NCBI GenBank assembly: GCA_003161635.1
Contig: PMOA01000053.1
Coordinates: forward strand, 137,402 to 201,401
Length of the DNA stretch: 64,000 nucleotides
Reading direction: 5' to 3'
Source: Limisphaerales bacterium
GTDB taxonomy: Bacteria; Verrucomicrobiota; Verrucomicrobiia; Limisphaerales; UBA11358
Below the pieces are notes generated by a model. The model ran no database searches, had not been told where the DNA came from, and saw only the letters and a program-made list of their open reading frames with translations. How positions within the stretch are numbered: position 1 is the first letter of the stretch; every line of letters begins with the position of its first letter. Of the stretch, positions 29,486 to 39,100 are shown piece after piece. A program made the translations under genes and the position numbers.

Positions 29486-29838
29486 TCACCAAGCTGCCAA
29501 GGAAAGCCAAATCCATCCGGCAATCAAGCCGATGCCACCGACCGGTGTGATGGCTCCCAGCCAATGCATATCCGTCACTGCCAGTAGGTATAACGAGCCG
29601 GAAAAAATCACGATCCCGGAGAAAAAGCACCACCAAGGCCCGGCCTTCAGTGGCTGGCGTTGCGCCAAAACAAACAACATCACAGTATGGATGAAATGGT
29701 AGAAAACTGCCTTGTCCCAGATCGCTGCGGTTCCATTTTGCGCCAGCAATTCCTTCAAACCATGCGCGCCAAGGCGCCGAGAGTCACCGCCAGCGCACCT
29801 AATGCCGCCGCCGTCCGCGTTGCCGTCGTGTTGGTCAT
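29486..29838 (-). pseudogene. DUF423 (YgdD/TMEM256-like) membrane protein gene with an apparent 1-nt deletion
   Basis: The track ORF 29486..29758 lacks the N-terminus. The upstream frame from the ATG at 29838 reads MTNTTATRTAAALGALAVTLGALARMV*. One extra G in ttgGcg would give ...GALGAHGLKELL..., the canonical GAxGAHG motif. Confidence 0.65.
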
Positions 29839-30125
29839 GTGCCCCAAACTAGACGAAGACCATTGGTGTTTCGAGAGGCAAAACAACCGCTGGCCGAATC
29901 TTCACCCAAAAATGCCAGATCGCACAATCAGGCCTGTTAAGCCTCAAAACGCTGCTCAAGGCATCGTCGTGCGAGAATCAGGCATCGTCGTTTAGCTCAT
30001 GAACACAGGAGTTTTGCGATTTTTCGGCAAATTGGCCGGTCTGCGGCAAAAACGGCCTAATCGCGGAAAGATGAAGCTGTTTATTCACTTGGACGTTTTG
30101 CCCGTTTGTTTATTGTCGCCGATAA

Positions 30126-30713
30126 ATGCAACCACCCAAAAATCCGCAGACATTGGACGACCTGCTGGCCCGCGCCGAACACTTCGCCGAATATTCAATG
30201 CGCAATAGCGGACGTATGCCGCCCACGTTATTTTTAATCGGTGCCGATGGAAAGTCGGCGATGCTCATTCCTGAAAATATGGCTGACGAAAAAGCCAAAG
30301 ATGATTTCGCTACCATGTCGAAGCTGATGGCCGTCGCCTGTGGCGCGACCGTCGCGGTCATGGCGCTCGAAGCCTGGATAAAAACCGCCAAGCTGGGCGA
30401 GAAGTTCGACGAAACCGAACCGCCGTCCGAAGCGTTTGACCGTCAGGAGGTCATCGTGCTCATGGGCGAATCGCACGGCGGTCAGAAACAGAAATTCCTG
30501 CCAATCGTCCGCAGCGACAATGGAAAATTCTTTGGCTTTGGCGAATCCAAAACGCCCAACATGGACAAAATGGAAGGACGCTTTGCCCAAATACTACCAC
30601 CGAAAGTGCCGGACAATGATATGCGGTTGCTTGCCCATGCCATGTTGAAGGTCAAAGGCGTCAAAGTCGCCAAACCCGGCGCAACCGTCCGCCTTCCGCG
30701 CTCCCGGCGCTGA
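30126..30713 (+). CDS. hypothetical protein
   Basis: 195-aa ORF with GC-rich codon usage. No motif recognised. Confidence 0.5.
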   Translation: MQPPKNPQTLDDLLARAEHFAEYSMRNSGRMPPTLFLIGADGKSAMLIPENMADEKAKDDFATMSKLMAVACGATVAVMALEAWIKTAKLGEKFDETEPPSEAFDRQEVIVLMGESHGGQKQKFLPIVRSDNGKFFGFGESKTPNMDKMEGRFAQILPPKVPDNDMRLLAHAMLKVKGVKVAKPGATVRLPRSRR

Positions 30714-30864
30714 TTTCCGTCGCAAAGGAGCTGGCACACGCACTGGCGCGACTGGCTTTGACACGGCGCACTGGATTTTCTAGGCTCCACACATGGCGAA
30801 AAAAGTTGCTGCGAAACCAACCGCTGCTTCACCGCGGTTATCGTAACTCCGAACTGCCAAAAAC

Positions 30865-31503
30865 ATGACAAACTTCCGAGAATGGAAGCGTATGACTGAA
30901 GCCGAAGCGATAAAAACGCTAAAGAACTTCCTTCAAATCGCAGATATTCTTGAAGATGATATTCGATTGGCTCGTGCGCAGAACCAACAAGACCCTAGCG
31001 AATATTCAAAACGGGTGCTGATTAAGACAATATTCACATTCTTTGAAGGACATTTGTATGCATTCAAGCAGGTGATTCTTGCCTTTGAATATATTTTAAA
31101 TCCATTGAAAAATCTTGTCCCAGGAGCAAAAGAATCACGAATGGTGCTGTTTACTGAAGAAGAAAGAGTAAACTTGGAAGGGTTTGTTTTTGTTGGCAGT
31201 AAAGAAAAAGCACGTAAGCAGTACCTGAAGCTTAAGGACGACATAAAATCCACAGCGCAGATTTTTTACAAAGCGATTCAACAACAAAACGAAGTCGATT
31301 TCAAATCCGAAGGATGGACGCAACTGATGGAAGCGCAAAAAATTCGCGACCGAGTAACTCATCCCAAAACAGCGGAAGCTCTAAAAATAAGCGAAGAAGA
31401 AATGAAAACAGTGAACGCTGGCTACAACTGGTATGTGAAGACAATCAACCGTATGCGTGAAAGTCTCGGGAAATCTAACTTGGGTTCGCGGTTCGGATTT
31501 TAA
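30865..31503 (+). CDS. hypothetical protein, possibly HEPN-like
   Basis: 212-aa AT-rich ORF, all-helical by composition. The C-terminal QKIRDRVTHPK fits the Rx4H HEPN motif (weak evidence). Confidence 0.45.
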   Translation: MTNFREWKRMTEAEAIKTLKNFLQIADILEDDIRLARAQNQQDPSEYSKRVLIKTIFTFFEGHLYAFKQVILAFEYILNPLKNLVPGAKESRMVLFTEEERVNLEGFVFVGSKEKARKQYLKLKDDIKSTAQIFYKAIQQQNEVDFKSEGWTQLMEAQKIRDRVTHPKTAEALKISEEEMKTVNAGYNWYVKTINRMRESLGKSNLGSRFGF

Positions 31504-31626
31504 TACCACCGTTGGGGCACAATTCCAAGGCGGTGCATCATGCCTCCAAGTTGCGAAATTCAAATGCCCCCTGGCGTATGAGAATGTCTTGGATTTCTAC
31601 GGCTAGCCGAACTGCCAAACGAATAT

Positions 31627-32040
31627 TTACGTCACCTCAATCCGACATTTCTGATCCAGTTGATGACAGATGCGGCGGGTTTGCGGTTCAGTGAGCTTTT
31701 CCAGCTGAGACGAGCAAACCCCATAAATTTCCTTTGGATTCACAACGTAAAGGCTTTCGCTAGGGACTTTGCGATCCACCATCCAGCCAGGCAACGTTAA
31801 AATTGGCGTTACCCAGACATTTTCCCCAGCTGCAGAATTTAACCAGCCAGCCAAGGTCTTTGCATTATTCTTGGCCTGTTCAATTCCATAGCTGTCGGCT
31901 CCCCAAACCCATGCGCTCTGGCAAAAACACCAGACGCTCATCACCGAATGCGATTCAGAGATCGCCGCGTTGCTTAAAATTTTCGACGCGCGCGCCTCCA
32001 GAACATGGCCGCATCCCTCAACTACCAACTCGTGCCCCAA
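31627..32040 (-). CDS. NERD-domain-like protein, probably N-terminally truncated
   Basis: W..GADSYGIEQAKNNAKTLAGWLNSAAGENVWVTPILTLPGWMV resembles the C-terminal half of NERD domains. The N-terminal catalytic half is not evident. Confidence 0.35.
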   Translation of the reverse strand: MGHELVVEGCGHVLEARASKILSNAAISESHSVMSVWCFCQSAWVWGADSYGIEQAKNNAKTLAGWLNSAAGENVWVTPILTLPGWMVDRKVPSESLYVVNPKEIYGVCSSQLEKLTEPQTRRICHQLDQKCRIEVT

Positions 32041-32158
32041 CCATGAAAACCAATGACTTAGAGGTCTAGTTTCTCAGGAGGCCGAATGCCCTATTGCCGC
32101 AATCGGGTGACACGTAATGGTTTCCCGCTCCCGCCCACTGTTAGAGATCGATGGTCAT

Positions 32159-32740
32159 TCATTTGCTTTTGTGTTGCCGCACTAGATTGGCTGCACGGAT
32201 AAGCTGCTCACCACTTCGGTCAATCTCGAGGAATTCCAGTAAGTCACCAATTTGCTTTTGAGGGTCTGCTAACAGGTCGGCGTAGTTTGAAACAAAGTGA
32301 CTTTTCACAGCAAAAAACTTCTCCGAAGCAACGTGCAAGGTCTTCTGGATGCGTCTTGGTTCATCAAACCAACCTCGCTTTGTCAGTCCGGCAATCGATT
32401 CCTCCAAGGGGCGCGCTGCACGAATAACTTTGTAATTGGGTCCCCAAGCCTCTTCAAGGTCAAAACCTGAAAGACATAGTAGAGGGTGCTTGGCACAAAC
32501 CAGGGACGTATTAGCCTCATGGTGTTCTGCCCACTCTGTAAAAAATAAAACACGTTGCTCTCTCTTGACACACTCGATTAAATCCGGCTCGCTCCACCAT
32601 TGCGAGAGATGAGTTTGAAGTGATTGCGACTCAAAATGCTTTCCCCAAAGTGGATTACCTATCTCAAACCCGAGTTCTCTCATAATTTGTGACAGAACTG
32701 AAGATCCCGAATTGTACAAACCTATGATTGCCACTCTCAT
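32159..32740 (-). CDS. sulfotransferase-like P-loop protein
   Basis: MRVAIIGLYNSGSSVLSQIM (5'-PSB-like loop) and RAARPLEESIAGL (3'-PB-like). Track ORF extends to 32857; the internal ATG at 32740 is preferred. Confidence 0.4.
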   Translation of the reverse strand: MRVAIIGLYNSGSSVLSQIMRELGFEIGNPLWGKHFESQSLQTHLSQWWSEPDLIECVKREQRVLFFTEWAEHHEANTSLVCAKHPLLCLSGFDLEEAWGPNYKVIRAARPLEESIAGLTKRGWFDEPRRIQKTLHVASEKFFAVKSHFVSNYADLLADPQKQIGDLLEFLEIDRSGEQLIRAANLVRQHKSK

Positions 32741-32867
32741 TGTATTCGTTTGAAACATTATTGTTTGTGATCGCCGGCCGAATAATGCGGTTGGTGGCGC
32801 TCGAATAGTCAGAAACCTTCTAGCGCAAAGGGAACGGTTATTGGGCGTTGAGGTCAAGTCCGAGAAA

Positions 32868-32945
32868 TTCGAAACGAGGTAAAACGAGCAGGAGGGCGGG
32901 CTGCAAACCTCCAGCTCGCACCCTCCTGCGGTCGAGGTTTCGTGG
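32868..32945. repeat. conserved-flank hairpin element, copy H2
   Basis: Stem GCAGGAGGG (32888-32896) / CCCTCCTGC (32921-32929) plus an inner stem. The flanks align with copy H1 at 33902..33978. Confidence 0.8.
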
Positions 32946-32994
32946 ATTATCCTCTGCTTCAGTCACCCATTTGCGTCTTAGAGCCGGTAGTTCT

Positions 32995-33747
32995 CTACGG
33001 TGTAATTTTGCGGATCGCGAAACTCCTAAACTGGTTCGTTTCACAGGTCAGAAAAACTAGCTCCCAGTCGGCCTGGACACACAGCTCATGAACGGCCTCG
33101 ATTACACCATAGCGCCGTCTGACCACCCAGTTGCCCATGCAGTAATCGTGTCCGGAAATGATCCCCTTGCGCTTGACTTTGTGCTTCAAGATCGCCAGTT
33201 CGGCCGCCGTGACGGAATAGGTGTGAGCTGTGTCGAGATATACCCAATCGAAATAGGCGTCCGGAAAGGTGGGTAACACGGCCGTGGAAAGGCCCAGGTT
33301 GATCTCCACGCGGCCTTGCGCGATTTCCTCGCGAAATTTCTCCTCAACCTGCCGTTTATGGCCGTCATGGTATCGCTCGGAATCCCCCCAAGCGTCAATC
33401 AGATGAAGCTTGGCGGGAGAGGCAAATTGCAGAATTTGAGCGGAAAGATCCCCCTTATCCACGCCAATCTCCGCGCACACCTTGTGCTTGGGTAGCTTTG
33501 CCAGCAATTGCTCTCGATTCGCAAGAAGCCGAGCGTTCTGGACATGTTTCTGGTGCAACTCGACCCGTGGGATTGCATCCTCCTCCGGGGACCAACGCTC
33601 CTGGTCTCCTCTTCTGACTAGCCGCGATGGAATTTGGGAACACATCGGAGTGGTTGATTGTTGGGCTGGTTTAACGGTTTGTGATGGCGGAGGGGCTGGG
33701 CGAGGCGAACCGCCATTGGTAATTCCATACAAGTTGTCGATTGGCAT
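32995..33747 (-). CDS. class I SAM-dependent methyltransferase (TylF/Methyltransf_24-like)
   Basis: AEIGVDKGDLSAQIL (motif I-like), LHLIDAW, WVYLDTAHTYSVT, GIISGHDY. Confidence 0.65.
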   Translation of the reverse strand: MPIDNLYGITNGGSPRPAPPPSQTVKPAQQSTTPMCSQIPSRLVRRGDQERWSPEEDAIPRVELHQKHVQNARLLANREQLLAKLPKHKVCAEIGVDKGDLSAQILQFASPAKLHLIDAWGDSERYHDGHKRQVEEKFREEIAQGRVEINLGLSTAVLPTFPDAYFDWVYLDTAHTYSVTAAELAILKHKVKRKGIISGHDYCMGNWVVRRRYGVIEAVHELCVQADWELVFLTCETNQFRSFAIRKITP

Positions 33748-33901
33748 AATGTCAGCTTAATTGGATTTGCGCACGTGGCCCAGACGTTACCGCATTTTAC
33801 TGTCACCGAGCGGAACAAAACCGGCCAGAGGTGAGCGATTCAAAACCGGACACTCTGAAGTGTGGGATTCATATCATTTCTGGTTTTTCAATCAAGGGAT
33901 T

Positions 33902-33978
33902 TTCGCTACGAGTTAAAAGGAGCAGAACCGGATAGCGAGCCCTTCAGCTCGCCGGTTCTGCGGTCGGAGGTTCGTTGG
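33902..33978. repeat. conserved-flank hairpin element, copy H1
   Basis: Stem GCAGAACCGG (33922-33931) / CCGGTTCTGC (33952-33961) plus inner CGAGC/GCTCG. The flanks align with H2. Confidence 0.8.
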
Positions 33979-34221
33979 ACATTCTGCTTTTCTTGGTTTC
34001 CTGGGTGACCACCGGCGCTTCCTTGACGCGATAACTTTTGCCGGTTTTGACCGCTCGCTGACAATTTTACGTGTGGATTTGAGGAAGAGATCCAGAACAC
34101 TCGAGACATCTTGGAGCGGATCGGTGCATTCTGGGAATGCTTCAATCGTCGTTCAGCGCTTCTGAAAGCAGACATTTTGTAATGGGATGTTGGACTCTCG
34201 GTATCTGGGTTACCCCAAAAC

Positions 34222-35043
34222 TCATGCGTAGGTGACTAGGTCCTGAGCGTATCCCCAATTCCTGTAGCGATTCGCGACAAGCTCCCCTCTCCCGACCTTT
34301 GCCAGGGTCAAGTCCGTGTTTCGGGCTTCGGTTTCCCTCCAATCGGGGTTCGCCATATTTTCAGTAATGCGTTCCCGAGGAGTCCAAATCCGGTTCTGGA
34401 ACTCTACGCCGGAACCTCGAGACCACCACATGAGCGTGCATCCGGAGTTCATCGCCCTGATCATCAGGGAGTGATCGTCGAATCCATATCCTTCAAGATC
34501 TTCGTCGTAACCGCCCAATTCCTCGAATTCGCTCTTGTACATTCCAATTCGGCCACGAATCCTTGTCGTCCCCCTGGCAAAGAAGGCCTTTTGCGGACAG
34601 ATGCACGCAAGTCGGTTCAGATAAGTCGCAAATCCTCTCCCAGTAAAATTATCGGCATCGACACTCGTGAGAATTGTGCCAGTGGCGTTCCGAAAAGCGA
34701 GGTTGCGGGAATGGGGCATGGAGTAGAACTTGGGGGATTTCGTAAGCAGGTATTTTATTCGACCACTATGAATGTAAGGCAGGACGGGTGACGACGTCAT
34801 GAATTCATGCATGTCATCAGGGCTGTTGTAGTTGAGAACGACGAACTCCAGATCGGGGTAATCTTCGTTGTCCTGGATATTCCGAATGAGCGTTGCCTTG
34901 AGGTCGTGGGTCCTGCCCATGCATGTGATGCACATCGAAATTCGGAGGTGCTTGTTGGGCTTCTCTGGCAGAGGGAGGTTTCTCGGACTCCAGATGGACC
35001 ACTTGAAATTGTACGAATAGGATTTGATCACATTAGCCACCAT
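34222..35043 (-). CDS. GT-A fold glycosyltransferase (GT2 / galactosyltransferase-like)
   Basis: ISMCITCMGR...FVVLNYNSPDD...SVDADNF (DxD)...GGYDEDLEGYGFDDHSL. Confidence 0.6.
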   Translation of the reverse strand: MVANVIKSYSYNFKWSIWSPRNLPLPEKPNKHLRISMCITCMGRTHDLKATLIRNIQDNEDYPDLEFVVLNYNSPDDMHEFMTSSPVLPYIHSGRIKYLLTKSPKFYSMPHSRNLAFRNATGTILTSVDADNFTGRGFATYLNRLACICPQKAFFARGTTRIRGRIGMYKSEFEELGGYDEDLEGYGFDDHSLMIRAMNSGCTLMWWSRGSGVEFQNRIWTPRERITENMANPDWRETEARNTDLTLAKVGRGELVANRYRNWGYAQDLVTYA

Positions 35044-36098
35044 TTCAGATCCTCTCCCAGGATCCTGCGGAAGACCTCGAGCTTTCCTTCAAGAGACTTT
35101 GGGGAATTCGGGTGGAGAAGCACTGTGGATCCGAGGTCCAACGGAACGAACTCATGCCGCCAGAAAGCGTCAGCAGGGAGTGCCTCCAAGGAGAGTTTCA
35201 GGCCTTCTGTTCTTCCATGAATGGGCTTCATGGCATGGGCGGCGAAGACATCTTTCCGCTCCTCGTCGTCCTCAGTCCAATCCAGAACGGGGCTCCAACG
35301 AACGCCATCTTCCAGCAAGGCTATGTTGAACGCGATCTGATCGTCGGAAACTTCCTGCTGGATGGCCAGAACACGATCAAGGAACGCAGAGACGCGGGGA
35401 GAAGCCCGGTATGCCACGAATCCTCCGCAGCCGGTGAATCCCCACATTTTCGCCAAGGGTTTCGGGAAATAAACGACCCGCTGGAACGCGATATCCACGT
35501 CTCGGGAGAGAAAGGGCTGGGGATCCCGCATGAAAATGGCATCGGCGTCGCAAGCTGTGACATCGAGCTGATTGTCCAGGAGGAACTTCACGAGTGCTAG
35601 GCGACTGTGGATGATAGCCATTCCTTTGCTGTCGAATCCTCCGGGATTCCGGTACTGGCCAATGGCTGTCATACCCGGGGAGAGACTGATTCGCACGTGA
35701 GGAATACTGAGGTATTCCAAGGCTTCGGCGGTCTCGGAATCTGCGGCCGCAAAAGCGAATCGGTGGATGCCGACCCGCCGTGCGCACCTAGCCCACGCAA
35801 TCCCTAACTGTAGATATTCGCGGGACAGAACCGAGATGATGAAAGAACCAGAGCCCTTGCAACCCGAAGCTAGACGCAGGAGTAGCTCTCGGTCGAACAC
35901 CAAGTTCCTTCGGTGGTCCTCCAGGTGGAGCCGAAAGTCATCCGGCCACTCGTATCCCCAACCATTCATCCTCGTTGCTCTTTTTTGGAGTGATGGGGGT
36001 GGGTGGCGGGGGTGATTGGTGAAGATGGAAGCCCAATTGACGACCTGCGCCATCTCACCTAGCTTGCGGCCATGACGGATGCTGAAATCTTCGATCAC
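35028..36098 (-). CDS. nucleotide-diphospho-sugar transferase family protein
   Basis: FAFAAADSETAEAL...DVTACDADAIFMRDP (DxD). Resembles Nucleotid_trans-type GT-A proteins. 16-nt overlap with the next gene. Confidence 0.5.
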   Translation of the reverse strand: MIEDFSIRHGRKLGEMAQVVNWASIFTNHPRHPPPSLQKRATRMNGWGYEWPDDFRLHLEDHRRNLVFDRELLLRLASGCKGSGSFIISVLSREYLQLGIAWARCARRVGIHRFAFAAADSETAEALEYLSIPHVRISLSPGMTAIGQYRNPGGFDSKGMAIIHSRLALVKFLLDNQLDVTACDADAIFMRDPQPFLSRDVDIAFQRVVYFPKPLAKMWGFTGCGGFVAYRASPRVSAFLDRVLAIQQEVSDDQIAFNIALLEDGVRWSPVLDWTEDDEERKDVFAAHAMKPIHGRTEGLKLSLEALPADAFWRHEFVPLDLGSTVLLHPNSPKSLEGKLEVFRRILGEDLKWWLM

Positions 36099-36199
36099 GA
36101 GGTAATTCGATTAGGTCTAGGTCGTCGGTTGCTGCACACTTGTGATGATGCAAAATGTGCCTATGGCCAAATCAGGAAAAACTCTGAAACACTCATAGC

Positions 36200-39100
36200 C
36201 TAGGAAATTGGAACTGAAACATTCTTTCTAGGTTTTGCCCAAACAAATCCAGCCCGGTCCAGCGCATCAATTTTTTCTTGGCTGAGACGTTTGCGTCCTC
36301 GGCTATACTTTTGTGACTTTACCCAAGCTTTAAGTTGGGCCGTCGCATCGTCAGTGACAATGAAGTTTGGGTTGGCGTGTAATGCCATGTATTCCTTAAA
36401 TTGCTCAAACATCGTTTGCCATTGAAACCGGACGGCGATAGTTTTTCTAGGTTTCGGCCACAAAAATCCAACCCGGTCCAGCGCATCAATTTTTTCTTGG
36501 CTGAGACGTTTACATCTTCGTGTGTCCTTTTGTGACTTTACCCAAGCTTTAAGTTGGGCCGTCGCATCGTCAGTGACAATGATGTTTGGGTTGGCGTGTA
36601 ATGCCATGTATTTCTTCAATTGCTCAAACATCTTTTGCCAATGTTGGTTGTAATATGATTTCCAAAGTCCACTCCTTCCCGGCGTAGTTTCAGAAACCCA
36701 AGGAAACTCAATTGCATCAAGGCGTGCTTTGAGTTTTGCGTTTATTGTTCCTTGCTTGAACCGCGCCCGTTGGTCGGACATCCAAACCGCAAGGGATGTA
36801 AATTTCCCATGGCGCGGAATAACAAAATGCCCATGTGCGGATTTGAATTGTAGTATTGCTTCAATCTTGCGATCTAAAGATTTTGCATGTTCGTCTCCCA
36901 GTATATCTCCCCATTCAAAACCAATAGAATTAAGAAGTTTTTCGTGCTCCTTGTTTAATTCTCCGCGCCGTTTTTTATATCGCTGGCTTGACCCCCAAAG
37001 GCCAAGTAAATGATTCTTGCCCTGCCTAACAGGAACCCTTGTATGGCCGAATCGCTCTTTGAACGCCTTCATTTCGGCAAATCGCATTTCCCACCTCACT
37101 TTGCCCCCAACCCAACCAAAATTAAGTTTTTCAAGCAAAGCCATGCGTTCTTCAGGCAACCAGCCGCGATTGTAATAAACTCGTTGAGTGCTGACCCATT
37201 TCCCAAGGGTCTTATTTTCCTTCCAATCTTGCGTCACACGACAATGGCCAAATCGGTGATAATATTTAATCAGTTCCAAATAATTTTCATTCCAAATTGC
37301 ATCAACCGGATTCCAAATAAATCCTATTTGATTTAATGAATTTATTTTTTCTTCATCTAAAACCTTCCGTTTATACAAGACACGCTGGCGTATCACCCAA
37401 CCCGCAAGAGTTCTGCTTTCCTTGTAGGTTCGTGGAACGTTGCTGTTGCCATATTTCTCATAGTAGGAAACCAATTGGCCGTAGCGTTCATGCCATGATT
37501 CACCAAGCACATTTACACAGGTTGCCGAAATTGAACGGCGAAGATTATCAAGTAATATCTCTGGCCCAAGAATTTCAACGCGCTCTCGGAAGCGTGTATC
37601 ATCATAACCCCTCTTGCGCCCACGCTGTAGGCGCATATCGCGGATGATTTCAGCCAACATTTCGTCTTGTTCCTGTAGCGATTGGAGAACATCCCACACA
37701 TCGTCGTATTCCGCGCGAGCGACGGCTTGTTCTATCGTTTCACCAGCAGCCTGTTCGACATATAACGGCACAATGACATAACCACAGTTCTTGTTGGGGG
37801 CGATACGCATTGCGCGCCCAGTGGCTTGCACAATGTCCACCCGGCTACGCCTTGGTGAAAGAAATGCCACCATGTCGACCGCAGGAACATCTACGCCTTC
37901 GGTTAGACAGCGTGCATTGGACATCACTGCTCGCGGTGCGTCACGGAAATCACGCATAACATGCTCACGTTTTGCCGTCGGCATATTGCCGTTGACATGA
38001 AATGTCTGAAAATCCGGCAAGTGGACACGGACACCCTCATTGCCATCAGCAACGAAGGAAGCAGCGGAAGATATGCTGCTATGGAATGTAAAAATCTTTT
38101 TTACGCCAAATTTTTCAACCGCGTCGCACAATGCAATCTGGTTGGCAACTTGCCGAGCATGGACAGGATCGCCACCGATTAATACTTCGCCTCGCTTCAA
38201 AAGTTCATTTGTTACCATTTCAGTCGTGATGTGAGAGATAATAACTTTGTAGCGGCAAATAATTTTCCGGCGGGCGGCCTCCGCAAAAGGAAGTCGGAAG
38301 GATTGCGGGCCATAGACATCCGTTTTGTCCATCGAGAACACGAGTTTCGCATCACCTTCCTTGTTGCGCTGGCTTGGATTGTAATGCCGTGGCGTGGCAG
38401 TAAGGAAAAGGCGTTTACGGATGGAAAGATTTTTGTCATCAAGGGCAAAGGCGAAGTTGCGGCCTTCGCGTCCGGCGGTCTTGTGCGCTTCATCGAACAC
38501 CGCAAAGTCAAAGCACTCACCAGGCTTCAGTGCTTCGCCAACAACGCGGCGTGCGGATTGGTAGGTGGAGAAAATCAGCTTCACGCCGGCAAAGGGCGCG
38601 TCCAGAAAACTGCGCACGCTCGCGGCGTCGGTTGTGACTTCAAAGTCGAGGTCGGATTGCTCTGTTTTGAGCATGTCGAGTCCTTCCTTCACACTCCCGT
38701 CGGAGCAGACGCAGAGGTAGGCAAGGCTGGGCAGGCTGGTTTCGCGCAGCCATACGTGCAGGGTCTGGCGCAGCAAGGCCAACGAGGGCAGCAAAACCAA
38801 AACGCGCTTGGCTTGTAGCCGTTCCATGACCCACAACGCAACGAGCGTTTTGCCCGTGCCGCAAGCCATGATGGCGGAAACGCGGTTGTGCGTTTGCAAC
38901 GCAGGAAGCAGGGCGTCCAGTGCTTCGGTCTGATGATCTTTCGGTGTTTTTTTTGGCGCAATGTAAGCGGCATCGGCCAACCATGCTTCGATGGCGCGGA
39001 AGTCATCGGTTTCCATACGGTCCAGGTCCGCGCCACGAATGCAAAAGAAGCCCTGCCTGTCATTGAGCACGGCGGGAAGTTCGTCGCAGTTGGTGAGCAG

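Noticed and set aside
32868-33978. H1/H2 hairpins as integron attC sites (CALIN)
   Set aside because: Only H1 has a GTTRRRY-like box (GTTGGAC), on the plus strand, and a RYYYAAC-like box (GTCCAAC), its reverse complement on the minus strand. H2 lacks both, and no IntI-type integrase is adjacent.
35028-35043. Overlap of the two glycosyltransferase ORFs as a frameshifted single gene
   Set aside because: A 16-nt overlap with an ATG start in the downstream gene fits ordinary translational coupling. The two proteins have distinct complete GT-A cores.
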